Part shown: positions 37,344-47,413 of the stretch, piece after piece
How the letters are laid out: every line of letters begins with the position of its first letter
Position numbering within the stretch: the first letter of the stretch is position 1
Origin: a virus
Lineage: Duplodnaviria > Caudoviricetes
Length of the DNA: 55,149 bases
IMG/VR virus record: IMGVR_UViG_3300047290_000079
Span: 1-55,149 of that record
Strand: one strand, 5' to 3'
The notes under the pieces: model-generated
Told to the model about the DNA's origin: nothing
The model's input: the letters and a program-made list of their open reading frames with translations, nothing else
Databases searched by the model: none
Translations under genes and position numbers: made by a program

Positions 37344-38422
37344 CGTGTGTAGGGACTGATGTTAGGGGCGAAGTAGATCGGTGAGTTGTCTCGCTCTTCT
37401 GCTTGCGCCAAGGCCAAAGCTTCATCCGCAGTCCCCTTGATGAATGTCAGCAGATTGGGTTGGACGTCAGGCAGCTCCTGAGACAGGCGCCATGCCAATT
37501 GCCAAACAATCGCTTCATACCACCTTTGCGGAATATCAAGTGTCTCTGTGAGAGTGCCAACATCCATGATGTGACGTTCACGCCAGATCACAAACTGACT
37601 GAACATGGCCTGCTGATTTGTAACAGGCCAGATCCACATACGAGGATTGTCACGTTGACGATCGAGCCAGTATTGCAGAGGCTGGCCACCGAAAGTCTTA
37701 TTGGGAAGATTGGTGTAGTCGTCGCGGTTCATGCGGGCCAATGGAATTTCCGTTGGCTGGTTTGCAGCATAAAACTCGACGACATCCAGCGTATTGCCGC
37801 CGGTCTCGCGCATTCTGAAGTAATTGGTTGGGACAGTGCCGTCGATGTCATACCATTGCCACTTGTTAGCAACGTAGTCTGTCGCGCCGGGCGAAAGCAC
37901 TGTCTTCCAAGTCAATCCGTCATCAGACGTTTCAAAGACAATGTTGAACGATCCTGTAACGGCCATCATGACGCCGACAGTCGTGATCTGAACAGCATTT
38001 TGCGGGTCGAGAGGATCTCCATTGTAAACGATCGTCAAATTGCCATCAGGGCCTGTCTGCGCACATGACGTATCAAGATTGCCGTCGAAAGCAAATTCAG
38101 TGATGCCGCCAGGCGTAGAATATTGCGTGATGCCATTCTGCCTGAACATCCACCGATAGTTGGCATTCAGAATGTCAACAGTGCCTTGGGGTAGCTCAAT
38201 GACATACTGGCCAAGATAAAGCGGTATAATATCCTTCTCGATGCACCAAAGAGGAAAGCCCTGATTGGCAAGTGAGGACAGCAGCAAATACAGGTCATCC
38301 TTTGCCATATCGATCTGCTCTGAGCTGATTTGCTCAGGGAGCATGCGACAGCGCCGGAAGGCGTGATCAATCACCTTCCGTGTTTGAAATACTGTCGTCG
38401 ATACGGTGCCGGAGACTGTCAT
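37340..38422 (-). CDS. Head-tail connector / adaptor with inserted beta domain
   Basis: IDHAFRRC, W.IE, R.DY..LPNK..G.P.QYW.DR and P.RW..AI...LA motifs. Confidence 0.65.
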   Translation of the reverse strand: MTVSGTVSTTVFQTRKVIDHAFRRCRMLPEQISSEQIDMAKDDLYLLLSSLANQGFPLWCIEKDIIPLYLGQYVIELPQGTVDILNANYRWMFRQNGITQYSTPGGITEFAFDGNLDTSCAQTGPDGNLTIVYNGDPLDPQNAVQITTVGVMMAVTGSFNIVFETSDDGLTWKTVLSPGATDYVANKWQWYDIDGTVPTNYFRMRETGGNTLDVVEFYAANQPTEIPLARMNRDDYTNLPNKTFGGQPLQYWLDRQRDNPRMWIWPVTNQQAMFSQFVIWRERHIMDVGTLTETLDIPQRWYEAIVWQLAWRLSQELPDVQPNLLTFIKGTADEALALAQAEERDNSPIYFAPNISPYTR

Positions 38423-39336
38423 CAGCACTTATCCATTTTAGCTTTGCCGCCCTTCTTCATGGCCGCAGGAGCCATGTCGGGATTGGCGCGTGTGGCGGCC
38501 CGAGCCATTGCAGCACGAATGGCGCCGACGTTAGGCTTAGATCCTGGGCGCATTTGGCCAACACCAACACGGGTGTCAGGGCTTGTGGCTGGGGCAATCA
38601 TCGGATTTGCAGAAGCAACAGGAACGGCCTTGGCACGTTGCATCATTGCCATGCGTTGCAGGGGAGAAGGAATGCGAGGAGCTGCCATGCCGCCATCGGC
38701 ATAGCCACCTTTTGCTTTGCCTGTCAGAGCAGCAGGCTTGACCATCTTCTTGATCAGGGCCTTGTCCTCGGCGACGTCTTCATGAGCCATGCCGCCATGA
38801 GCCTTCTTCATAGCCTTCTTGCCTTCGCTGAGGGCGATCGCAATGGCTTGCTTAGGGTTCTTGACCATGGGGCCTTTTTTGGAACCAGAATGAAGCTCGC
38901 CGGACTTGAACTCGTGCATGACCTTGCCGACCTTCTTCTCCATCTTGGCCTTGCCGCCCTTGGCGTATTGGCTGCTCTCAAGGCGCTTCATGTAATCTGA
39001 ATCAGTCGGAATGTCTGATCCCGGAACTGTCGAAGGCGCAGGCTTTTTAGGAGCAGCCTTCTTTGGTGTGCCTTGTCCTGGCGACTTGCCGAGGCGCTTC
39101 ATGTAATCAGGATCCATCGGGATGTTCGAGCCAGGCGCATTGGTGCTACCACCTTCAGCCTTCTTCATCGGACCCTTCTTAGGCAGTCCGACACCGATCA
39201 TGATCATCATGCCTTTGCCCTTGGGGGCTTTGACATCGCCACCCTTGGCGTACATCTGACCAGTGACCTTTGTGGCGCTCTTGGTATAACCAGCGGCAGA
39301 AGGGAACTCAAAGTCTTTCACATAACGGATGGCCAT
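38422..39336 (-). CDS. Basic low-complexity protein with DUF6496-like domain and many AxGG motifs
   Basis: KVGKVMHEFKSGELHSG...KQAIAIALSE; internal repeat PGSxIPxDxDYMKRL. Confidence 0.75.
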   Translation of the reverse strand: MAIRYVKDFEFPSAAGYTKSATKVTGQMYAKGGDVKAPKGKGMMIMIGVGLPKKGPMKKAEGGSTNAPGSNIPMDPDYMKRLGKSPGQGTPKKAAPKKPAPSTVPGSDIPTDSDYMKRLESSQYAKGGKAKMEKKVGKVMHEFKSGELHSGSKKGPMVKNPKQAIAIALSEGKKAMKKAHGGMAHEDVAEDKALIKKMVKPAALTGKAKGGYADGGMAAPRIPSPLQRMAMMQRAKAVPVASANPMIAPATSPDTRVGVGQMRPGSKPNVGAIRAAMARAATRANPDMAPAAMKKGGKAKMDKC

Positions 39337-39337
39337 T

Positions 39338-39502
39338 TTATTTCTCCTTGCGGCGTGCTGCCGCTGCATTATCAACAAGATTCGGATAAGGCCTACCAGC
39401 AGCCTTAGCACGCGCTTTGGCGGCAGCCTTTTGCTTCGGCGCCAGTTTTTTACTTTCGCCGCTGAAAGATTTTTCCCAGAAGGGTTCCATCTTCTTTTTC
39501 AT
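39338..39502 (-). CDS. Small basic protein (54 aa; not in ORF track)
   Basis: MKKKMEPFWEK...AKARAKAAGRPYPNLVDNAAAARRKEK*; abuts both neighbours. Confidence 0.75.
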   Translation of the reverse strand: MKKKMEPFWEKSFSGESKKLAPKQKAAAKARAKAAGRPYPNLVDNAAAARRKEK

Positions 39503-39813
39503 TAGCAATCCCACTTTCTCAAAGATTTGTTAATGCGGCTGTTAGGATCTCGAGCAGTCTCGGCAGACGTCAGCTTGGCCTTCATACCTTTCATCCGGCT
39601 ACAAAAAGAGTCCCGCCGCGCAGCCGCAGCAGGACTTTTCTTTGCCTCAGAAGAGCTTACAGGCCTCTTGATGTCATGACCTTGCGCACGAAGAGAGGCG
39701 CGGCCCTTCTCATTCAGGCCGCCCTCTGGGTTCTTGCCTTCAGCTCGCGTCCACGCACCACCCGTCTTGTAGACTGGAGTTGCGCCGCCTTTTGCCATGC
39801 ACCAGCGACCCAT
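39502..39813 (-). CDS. Basic DUF6321-like protein
   Basis: AWTRAEGKNPEGGLN.KGRAS...RR.SFC.RM.G...SRINKSLRKWDC. Confidence 0.75.
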   Translation of the reverse strand: MGRWCMAKGGATPVYKTGGAWTRAEGKNPEGGLNEKGRASLRAQGHDIKRPVSSSEAKKSPAAAARRDSFCSRMKGMKAKLTSAETARDPNSRINKSLRKWDC

Positions 39814-39817
39814 GACA

Positions 39818-40225
39818 TCACCCGTAGACTTTGATGCACTCAACGATGATTGAATAGCTGTCGCCAGCACTTGCGCCAATAGTTGTAAACGCAAGGTTGC
39901 CAGTCCTGCCAGATCCAGAGTTATCTGGAATGCCGCCAAGATGCTCGCCAAAGTGCATGTAGTAGGTTGTATCTTGCGGTACTACCCAAGCCAGAACGTC
40001 AGCAGTGGCATCCCACAAGAGCTGAACAGCCATGCCGGCAGTGCTGCCCCAGATGCGATTAAGCTTCAGACCCGTGCAGGCAACGCCATACGAGTTAGGA
40101 GCAAGATTGGCCACGATGATCTTGTTGACGGCAGCTTCACCAGTGCCATCAGAAATATTCGTGAACTTCTGAATGACGAGACGCTCGCCATCAAGAAGAG
40201 TTTGTGTTGTAACTGTATCGACCAT
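39818..40225 (-). CDS. Virion structural hypothetical protein
   Basis: KFTNISDGTGE motif; GGAGG RBS. Confidence 0.7.
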   Translation of the reverse strand: MVDTVTTQTLLDGERLVIQKFTNISDGTGEAAVNKIIVANLAPNSYGVACTGLKLNRIWGSTAGMAVQLLWDATADVLAWVVPQDTTYYMHFGEHLGGIPDNSGSGRTGNLAFTTIGASAGDSYSIIVECIKVYG

Positions 40226-40273
40226 TTATCCCTCCTAAAAGATGGTGGGCGGGGTCTCCCCCGCCCTGTTCAA

Positions 40274-40990
40274 TTAGGCAGGTGTAACGCCAATTGCGCC
40301 GGTCTGCGTGGCATTCGGGCCAGCTTGAACAGCGGTGAGGCCAATTGCAATCACAAGACGACGAGATCCGTTGGCAGCACTTGTGGGAGCAAATGTGCCG
40401 CGAACGTCGCCAGTCGTGTTGGTGGCAGGCGATGTTGTATCAGCAGCCACAAACGTGCCAGCATTGTCAGCAACAGCATTGGCCCAGCCTGTACGCAGCA
40501 GGTAACCGGCATCGGTGACCTTGTAGGGCAGCCCAAAGACATCGCCAGAGCCAACAGACAGATTGCCTGTAAGAGCAGCCGAGACTGCAACTGCTGTGAT
40601 TGTCTTGAAGGTCTTGGTGCTGTTAACGGTTGTGGTGCCGGTAAGCGTGATGCGCTGCGTCTGTGTCTGGCCCCAGTAATCAGTGCCTGTCACGGTCACA
40701 GTCTGGGTTGTATCGCCAGCATTGGACGAGACAAAAGAAACAATACGGGCCACATCAAGTGTAGCAACACCGCCAGAGGCAGAGGCGCCATTGATTGTAG
40801 CATTACCAGCGGCCGCAACAGCCTGAGCTGCGCAGACTGCGGTGGCAGAGAGTGTAGCGGGGACGATGTCGAAGATGTAAACGCGGCCGAGGGGGCCAAC
40901 ACCTGCGAAAACGGTGCCGGGACCAGCCCAGCCTTGAGATTGCGGCCCAGTAGCAGAACCAAGCCAGAGATCGTCTGAATATTGAGGCAT
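40274..40990 (-). CDS. Virion structural protein (Ala/Thr/Gly-rich, capsid fibre/decoration-like)
   Basis: Follows the MCP gene; GTDYWGQ and TTGDVRGT motifs. Confidence 0.65.
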   Translation of the reverse strand: MPQYSDDLWLGSATGPQSQGWAGPGTVFAGVGPLGRVYIFDIVPATLSATAVCAAQAVAAAGNATINGASASGGVATLDVARIVSFVSSNAGDTTQTVTVTGTDYWGQTQTQRITLTGTTTVNSTKTFKTITAVAVSAALTGNLSVGSGDVFGLPYKVTDAGYLLRTGWANAVADNAGTFVAADTTSPATNTTGDVRGTFAPTSAANGSRRLVIAIGLTAVQAGPNATQTGAIGVTPA

Positions 40991-41030
40991 GTAAGCTCTC
41001 CTCCATGAAAAGTTTGAGCGGATGTATATT

Positions 41031-41065
41031 CGCACAAAAAGAAAGGGCGGTCCAGTGGACCGCCC
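41031..41065 (-). terminator. Intrinsic terminator after the major capsid gene
   Basis: GGGCGGTCCA-G-TGGACCGCCC hairpin followed on the minus strand by TTTCTTTTTG. Confidence 0.75.
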
Positions 41066-41081
41066 CCCGTAATTAAGTCAA

Positions 41082-41996
41082 CTAGACGCCGGGCGTTCCG
41101 AACACTCCGCGAGGATCGGTCCAACCGAAGTTGTAACGCTCTGTCGCCTTGAAGCGCATGGAATCGGTTTCGAAGTCACCTTCCATGCTCTTCTCGAGCG
41201 GACGACGCATCATCAGCTTCAGACCATCTGGAGCATCAGTCTCAACCCACCAAGCGGTGGTCGAGGTCAGACGCGACAGGTTGGCTTGGCCGCCAGACAA
41301 AAGACCCATGGATTTCACTGGGTTAATGTCGTTATTACCAGTGCCGGCACGCAGAACGCTCTTGAGGAGCACTTCAGCTTGGAAGACATTGGAGGGCGAA
41401 ACAACCAACTTGGTGGGTGTCAAACGGATCTTCTTACCGTTGTTGTCAACGGCCTGACGGATCTGAATGAGGAGCTGCTCGAGCGATGTCTGAGACAAAG
41501 CAGCGGCAGTCGCCAATTGGTTCGAGAAAGTGCCGTTGATGATCGGGTGATCAGTTGCAACGAGCGACTTGCCGTCACCACCTGCATACGCACCATTGAA
41601 GGCGCGGTTCAGGATGTTGGCGCCCAGCGTTTCCTTTGTTTCGATCAGAGACTGCGCCAAATGCTTGGAGTAGGTCTGACCGATACGGATATGATCACCG
41701 TCTTCCACCAAGACTTTTGTCAGGGCGAAGGCGAGACCATACACGCGGTAGAGGTAACGCTGAATGAAGAGCACGCCACCGGACTGGTAGGTAACTGCTG
41801 TGCCATCGGGCAGCTCAGGAGCTGCACCAAAGCCGAACAGAACCGGCTCTTCATGGTAATTGCGTGGAATGCCACGCTCTTCACGGAACACCTGCTTCCA
41901 TTCGTCTGCGCGCTGGTCGTAGACGCCGTCGAAGCACTCATTGAGAATGGGTTCGACAATGGAACGGAAGTCCGTACTACGCATCGGAGTTGCCAT
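41082..41996 (-). CDS. Major capsid protein (Mu gpT-like, HK97 fold)
   Basis: GFGAAP...G, YGLAFALT..L.ED, GGDG..L.ATDHP, DFET...KATERY.FGW.DPRG motifs; 304 aa after the scaffold. Confidence 0.88.
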   Translation of the reverse strand: MATPMRSTDFRSIVEPILNECFDGVYDQRADEWKQVFREERGIPRNYHEEPVLFGFGAAPELPDGTAVTYQSGGVLFIQRYLYRVYGLAFALTKVLVEDGDHIRIGQTYSKHLAQSLIETKETLGANILNRAFNGAYAGGDGKSLVATDHPIINGTFSNQLATAAALSQTSLEQLLIQIRQAVDNNGKKIRLTPTKLVVSPSNVFQAEVLLKSVLRAGTGNNDINPVKSMGLLSGGQANLSRLTSTTAWWVETDAPDGLKLMMRRPLEKSMEGDFETDSMRFKATERYNFGWTDPRGVFGTPGV

Positions 41997-42011
41997 AGTG
42001 AGGTCTCCCTA

Positions 42012-42572
42012 TCAGAAGGCGTTAATGGTAGCGACATACTGATGCTTGGAGATCTGCACCTGTACGACTGTGTAAGCATCACCAGCAGCATTATCAATGC
42101 CGTTAGCAATACCGATGATCCTCATCTGGGCATTACTTGAAGTAGTAATGGTTGCCGTTCCGAGGGTGGCAACTGAGTAACCCAAGCCATTGCTTGAAGC
42201 AGCGCTGGCGAAGTTAGCCTGGTTGCCGATGTTGGTCTGAGCGATCGAGCCATCAGCCTGAATTTCGTACACGAGGTACGGGTCCATGCTGTAATAGGCA
42301 ATGATGTCAGTGGCGCCGGTGTTGGCGGGCCAGCTCGGTGAAATCACCGGACGCTGTGCGCCAGTTGGCAGATACTGGCAGCCTGCAAACGCGCCGACGA
42401 AAGCATCGCCAGCGGCAGCAGCTTGAAGTGTGCCATCAGTACCCATTTTTACAGGCTGACCAGTGTAAAGGTCAGCGGCATAACCGGACAAAATCGTACC
42501 AGCAAACTCGCGGATTGTACCGGAGGGGCTATATGCTGTACGCAGTCCGAACGGAGCAGAGGTCGAGGACAT
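42012..42572 (-). CDS. Capsid-associated (cement/decoration-like) protein
   Basis: APFGLR...G.F.GC.Y...DP.LVYEIQADG; immediately upstream of the MCP. Confidence 0.65.
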   Translation of the reverse strand: MSSTSAPFGLRTAYSPSGTIREFAGTILSGYAADLYTGQPVKMGTDGTLQAAAAGDAFVGAFAGCQYLPTGAQRPVISPSWPANTGATDIIAYYSMDPYLVYEIQADGSIAQTNIGNQANFASAASSNGLGYSVATLGTATITTSSNAQMRIIGIANGIDNAAGDAYTVVQVQISKHQYVATINAF

Positions 42573-42607
42573 TCTCGTATCCTTATGCTATTGTTACGGA
42601 AATCCGC

Positions 42608-43147
42608 CTAGTCATCAAAGATGGGTCTGGGCGGGGCTTGGCGTAACTCAGCCATACCTTCTTCCTCGATCAGTCTGGTTTTTGACGCACGGGCATTTGC
42701 AGCCATTGAATCGTTGTCACCGACCATACGCTCTTCTTCTCTCAGAGGCGCGTCATGGTGCGTCTCTCTCATATAGCGTTGGTACAGGCGAGATGGCAGC
42801 TTGGCCGCGATCATCTCATTGACACCGATACAACCGGCATATTCGCCGGTCTTTAATGATGCATATTCCCACCCAGGGACTTCTTCAGGCTTGATCATCT
42901 CGTAGCCGAGACGCATGCGGTTCTGAATGCTGTCGCGTGGGTTTGTAGTCGTCAACCAACAGACGTGGTAACCGGGGATCTGGGGCAGATCTGGTAACGC
43001 ACTCTGATAGAACGCATTACGGAACATATCCAAACGGTCGTCATCCGAGAGTTCTCGGTTTTCTGTGACAGCGCGATCTTCCATCGCACGGCTTCGACGG
43101 GCCGGATCTGGGGTCTTCTTTAAGCGTTCATCACTATCTAGTCTCAT
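42608..43147 (-). CDS. Conserved head-module protein of unknown function
   Basis: LP..P..PGYH.CW...R.RLGYE; between scaffold and capsid genes. Confidence 0.7.
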   Translation of the reverse strand: MRLDSDERLKKTPDPARRSRAMEDRAVTENRELSDDDRLDMFRNAFYQSALPDLPQIPGYHVCWLTTTNPRDSIQNRMRLGYEMIKPEEVPGWEYASLKTGEYAGCIGVNEMIAAKLPSRLYQRYMRETHHDAPLREEERMVGDNDSMAANARASKTRLIEEEGMAELRQAPPRPIFDD

Positions 43148-43161
43148 CTGCTCGCTCCTTA

Positions 43162-44085
43162 TCAGCGTGCTGCCTTGTTTTCACGATCGTAGGAAGAATA
43201 GATCTTAAGCATCTTTTCTCGCCTTTGCGGATCGTCCCAAATGCCAGCGTCCTTGAGTGCCTGCACTCGTTCGGGGCTGACATAAATTTGTCTCTTCCCG
43301 GGGGTTATGTCCCGAGAACCTCCAACAGGCGGTCCACGCCTGCCAGCTTTCGGCTCATTATAACTTGCTTCGCCATCTTCATCAAATCGATGAGGAAGAC
43401 GCTCGGCAAGGCGCCGATTCAATTCCTTCCAGTACCTTTTGCTGGCAGGATCAAAGCCTTCTGCAATCAAGCCGCTGTCGACGGCCTTGGCAACCATGCT
43501 GTCGGGATCTGAACCATTGGCGTTGAACCATGAGTTTTCAGATGCCCATTTTGCAGCACGTTGCGCTACCTCAGTGCTATTCATCGGCACTGGGGGTGCG
43601 GCAACGGTCTGCTTGGCACGGTTGATCTGCGCAGCCTCAGCAAGGGCACGATCGCGCTGACGAAGCAGCTCAGGAACTCTTGAGCCTTCACCAATCTCAA
43701 TTGCCTTTGCCAATGCGGCCTCAGTGGCTTGCACAGTGTACAAAGCACGCTGATAATCCTGATCGAGCGAACCTTTCTGAGCAGTAAGTGCATGATCTTC
43801 AACGCTTTTAAGGCGTTGTTCGAGCATTTTGTTTTGCTCGATCAACCATTGCATCTCTTCGCGGGTTTTGTCGCGTGCGTACTGCTGCGATCTTTTTCGC
43901 GTCTTGCGCTGTTCTCGACGAGCCTCTCGACGATTTCGCTCGTCTTCTGACAGGGTTTCAGAAAGTCGTTCGTCACCATCTTGCTCATCATGATCTTCAT
44001 GATCATCTTGCGCAGTCTGTGCCGCAGCATTGGGGTCTTCACCCTCAATAATCTCAATTTCTTCGTTCTCTTTTTCGCCGCCCAT
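43162..44085 (-). CDS. Scaffolding protein (putative)
   Basis: Acidic N-terminus, coiled coil, WA..N.WF and YW.EL..R; expected position. Confidence 0.7.
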   Translation of the reverse strand: MGGEKENEEIEIIEGEDPNAAAQTAQDDHEDHDEQDGDERLSETLSEDERNRREARREQRKTRKRSQQYARDKTREEMQWLIEQNKMLEQRLKSVEDHALTAQKGSLDQDYQRALYTVQATEAALAKAIEIGEGSRVPELLRQRDRALAEAAQINRAKQTVAAPPVPMNSTEVAQRAAKWASENSWFNANGSDPDSMVAKAVDSGLIAEGFDPASKRYWKELNRRLAERLPHRFDEDGEASYNEPKAGRRGPPVGGSRDITPGKRQIYVSPERVQALKDAGIWDDPQRREKMLKIYSSYDRENKAAR

Positions 44086-44096
44086 GATCTATCCTT

Positions 44097-44540
44097 TCAG
44101 ATATGTGCTTTGATTTCAAAGGGATCCTCAACATCACCAACGATGCTCAGGTCATCAAAGATTGCAAACTGAACCTTCTGATCCAGATCAGAGTTGCTGT
44201 CTTTGAAAGTTCTTTCCCAGCGGATGCCGCCGTATTTGGGGACAAACACATACTGGCCCTTTGTGCACCAAACGCCTTCCGACCATGGTTCGAGCGTATT
44301 GCGGTTCTTATAGGCCAATGGGCCTACAGCCAGAACCTTGGCGACACAGGTGTTATCAAGCTCTGTATCTTTTGTGGCTTCAGAGTAAATAATGCCACCC
44401 TTACTTTTGGTTCTCGCCCGTCTAATTTGGACAAGAACTCGAGATCCAAATGGCCTGATGCCTGCATTGATCTCGGGGAAGAGGTTTTCTTCCTTATCAG
44501 TACTGGACCCATCTTTTACCAACATGACGGCTTGTGCCAT
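44097..44540 (-). CDS. groES: GroES-like co-chaperonin
   Basis: IRPFGSRVLVQ, KSKGGII mobile loop and KVLAVGP. Confidence 0.85.
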   Translation of the reverse strand: MAQAVMLVKDGSSTDKEENLFPEINAGIRPFGSRVLVQIRRARTKSKGGIIYSEATKDTELDNTCVAKVLAVGPLAYKNRNTLEPWSEGVWCTKGQYVFVPKYGGIRWERTFKDSNSDLDQKVQFAIFDDLSIVGDVEDPFEIKAHI

Positions 44541-44721
44541 GTTCCGTTCCTTCTTCTGCTGCGAGGGCTTCATTTATAATCGCAAGTGCGCGATCCAGCC
44601 CTGCATAGTGACCAATCCGGCGACCGTACTCAAAAGGTGAGCCGTCACCGGGCGACTGCATAGTTTCATGCGCTACAAGATTTTTTTCCTCTAGTAGCGC
44701 ATTTATGATTATTTCCAGCAT
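44497..44721 (-). CDS. Hypothetical head-module protein
   Basis: FEYGRRIG..AGL..AL.II pattern. Confidence 0.7.
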   Translation of the reverse strand: MLEIIINALLEEKNLVAHETMQSPGDGSPFEYGRRIGHYAGLDRALAIINEALAAEEGTEHGTSRHVGKRWVQY

Positions 44722-44741
44722 ATCCCCATCCCGTCAAGGAA

Positions 44742-44939
44742 TTACTTCCTTCCTTCAAAGGTTTTTAGTCCAGACTTTGCAGGAGCATCATCTTTGCCTT
44801 TGAGGTTCTTCATAATGCCATAGGAGGCGTGCTTGGTGACCATGTCATTCACCATGTTCTTGCTGGCACCGGCAGGCTCGTTATTCACGGGCAGGCCCAT
44901 AGCCAGACGCTTATGCTGAGAAATGAGTTCGTTATCCAT
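44742..44939 (-). CDS. Small hypothetical protein
   Basis: ISQHKRLAMG; GAGG RBS. Confidence 0.65.
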   Translation of the reverse strand: MDNELISQHKRLAMGLPVNNEPAGASKNMVNDMVTKHASYGIMKNLKGKDDAPAKSGLKTFEGRK

Positions 44940-44947
44940 TGTTAACC

Positions 44948-47401
44948 TCACGGGTTGATGCCATGGCCGGTGGTAAATCTTGCCTTCTGTCCATGTTCGG
45001 CCTCAAAGACAGCAAGCTCTTTTGCAGTGTTGTTATCCTCTGCATTCATCTGTGCGCGAGCCTGAATGCCAGCCATCTCAGCCTGAATACGTTCTTGGTC
45101 AAGCTGTTGCTGGCGGGCTTCATGGGCTGCTTGGATCTGCAGCTTCTGCGCATCAATCTGGTTTCTGGCCTGATCAACAGCGGCCTTGCGCTGTGTCTCA
45201 GCCATGAGGACTTGCGAGGGATCCATAGGCGGCTTGGGCGCCATCTGCTGCATGACCTGCATGGCCTGCATGATGATCGGAGGCAGGCCCTGAAGGCTCT
45301 GCTGGATCTCAGGCATATAGCGCTGGCTGGCCATGGCAAGTGTGCGATCAAGCTCTGCTGACAATTCGTGGTCTTCTTGCCCCAAGAAGTTATCCAAAGG
45401 CTCGCCCGTGGCTGCACTGGCCTGCTCATAAATATAGAGCGAGTACCAGTAAGCCATATGCTCTTTGACGTGCTGCAGGACGCCAGGAATGAACACAGGC
45501 CCGATGAGCGGGTTCATGCCAAAGATCGGCGAGCGCAGATAATCAAGATGGACCTGCAGGTGAGCCAAGTGGTCTTGCATCGGGAAGGCTGCCACAGGGC
45601 GACCTAGCGTCAAGGCAAGGTTCTCATTGACCGCATTCAGCTCAATAGGCTCAGGACGTTTGGCAAGCAGGCGTTTGGCAGCATCAGGGATCTTTGTGCG
45701 CTCAAGGAATAGCTCTTCAACAGCGCGAGGATTATAAAGGCCTGGGTGCGTATCAGCACGCTGCAGAACCATCTGCATCTGTGCGATGCGCTGCGCCTCG
45801 GAGAAGATGTTAGGGTCAGAGACCGGCACAACGTCCATCGGACCTTGGAAGTCCTCGGCCTCACACATCTCCTCGCCCGTCACCTTCTTGATGTACTCAT
45901 CATCAAGGTGCTTTGCGTTGAGGCGATGCAAGACCTTCAGGAACATCTGCATGGCCGCATGCTGGCGGGCATGGATGGACGAGAAGACCGTCATGCCCTG
46001 CTCAAGGAGGGCCATTGTCGTGCCGACAGGCTGCTGAGGAGAGGCCTGCTTGAAGTCTTCAAAGGTCGTGCGAACAACGCCGCGAGCAGCATCAGTCACA
46101 AAACCAAGGAGCTGGAACAGGACAGGGCTTGGCGGGTTGAAAGGCACAGCCATGGCGAGCTTGCGCACGTCATCGGCGCCAACGCCGCCCTCGATCTCGG
46201 TGACTTGGGTCGGCTCGATGCGGTCTGTCTGACCGCCGCGATTGCCGCCCTTCAGCTTCAGCATGCCAGGGAAATTGTTGATGTGCGCACTATCAAGCAA
46301 TGCACGCAGCGCACCTGTAGCGGCCGCAGACAGGCTGCCGATCATATGCGGCAGACCGATCGGGTACGCACCACGCCATGGCACGAAGGGGAACTCGATG
46401 ATGTGGATCAGCTCTTGCTGTTGGTCATCATCTGGATCCCAGTTGCGATAGATCGAAAGCACATTCTGTGAGGTGTGATCGATCGTGACAATGTAGGGCG
46501 CCAGACCGAAGTTCTCTTCGAAGTCCAGATAGCAGGCGATTTCGAAGACCTGCCGCGTTCCGTCCTCGTTGTAGGAACTTTGCTCCTTGCCTTCGATCTT
46601 GTTGTTGGCCTTTTGAGGCCCTGTCAGATCTGGCTCTTGAGGCGTATCAAGATTGATCTTGCGATACATGCCAGTGCCGATCCGCATCTCGAACTCAAGG
46701 CGTGTCAGGGCTTGGGCATGCGTCTTACGCTCTGCGCTGTAGAAGCTTGTGGCGCTGTAGGGCAGATAAACGTCATCGATCGGGATGAACATCGAGACGG
46801 GCCGGTTCTTCTGCTCGTCCCAATACAGCTTCATGTATTGAACGCCGCCGAGCGGAACCTGTGTCTCAAGCTGCTCAAGCTCAGACCTAAATTCGATCAT
46901 CTGCTGTGTGAGCTGCCAATTCATGAACCGCTGCTTGCGCTTGGCCTTGTCGAGCTTCTCCTGCGTTGATTCGCCGGGAATATACTCTTTGACAGGGCCA
47001 GACGGCGGGAAGATCTCTTTGATCACGCGGGATGAGTAGTCGACACAAGCCTCTGTGAGCATGGGGTGCACGACTTTAGTCGCACCTTGGAATGATGCAC
47101 CGCCAGGGGCATCTTCACCAAGACCTGTACGACGAAGGCCTTCCTCATACTGCTTGTCGCGCAGTGAGCGGGCTTCCTTGTCGCGTTCGACAAAGTCTAA
47201 AAGCTTCTGGCCGATATCGCCAAGGGTTGAATTATCCATGTCCTCGGCCAGATTGGCATAGAACTCGGCATTCTGAGCAGCAACAGGCTCATCCATGGTG
47301 ACAACAGCAGAACCGTCATCATTCTCCTCGACGTCAGAGATCTCGTCGTCATTGATTTCGACGGTTTGACCCTGATCTTGGTTCTGATCGTCATCTTCCA
47401 T
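44948..47401 (-). CDS. Portal protein (P22-like)
   Basis: GAT.VVHPML.EA, FP.SGPVK, FMNWQL, LRALLDS, PVGTT.ALLEQG, VSDPN and H.AH...H motifs. Confidence 0.9.
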   Translation of the reverse strand: MEDDDQNQDQGQTVEINDDEISDVEENDDGSAVVTMDEPVAAQNAEFYANLAEDMDNSTLGDIGQKLLDFVERDKEARSLRDKQYEEGLRRTGLGEDAPGGASFQGATKVVHPMLTEACVDYSSRVIKEIFPPSGPVKEYIPGESTQEKLDKAKRKQRFMNWQLTQQMIEFRSELEQLETQVPLGGVQYMKLYWDEQKNRPVSMFIPIDDVYLPYSATSFYSAERKTHAQALTRLEFEMRIGTGMYRKINLDTPQEPDLTGPQKANNKIEGKEQSSYNEDGTRQVFEIACYLDFEENFGLAPYIVTIDHTSQNVLSIYRNWDPDDDQQQELIHIIEFPFVPWRGAYPIGLPHMIGSLSAAATGALRALLDSAHINNFPGMLKLKGGNRGGQTDRIEPTQVTEIEGGVGADDVRKLAMAVPFNPPSPVLFQLLGFVTDAARGVVRTTFEDFKQASPQQPVGTTMALLEQGMTVFSSIHARQHAAMQMFLKVLHRLNAKHLDDEYIKKVTGEEMCEAEDFQGPMDVVPVSDPNIFSEAQRIAQMQMVLQRADTHPGLYNPRAVEELFLERTKIPDAAKRLLAKRPEPIELNAVNENLALTLGRPVAAFPMQDHLAHLQVHLDYLRSPIFGMNPLIGPVFIPGVLQHVKEHMAYWYSLYIYEQASAATGEPLDNFLGQEDHELSAELDRTLAMASQRYMPEIQQSLQGLPPIIMQAMQVMQQMAPKPPMDPSQVLMAETQRKAAVDQARNQIDAQKLQIQAAHEARQQQLDQERIQAEMAGIQARAQMNAEDNNTAKELAVFEAEHGQKARFTTGHGINP

Positions 47402-47413
47402 GTGATGTCTTTC

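Noticed and set aside
39941-42140. Long plus-strand ORFs (345 aa and 284 aa) opposite capsid genes
   Set aside because: Antisense to conserved structural genes, with no recognisable motifs.
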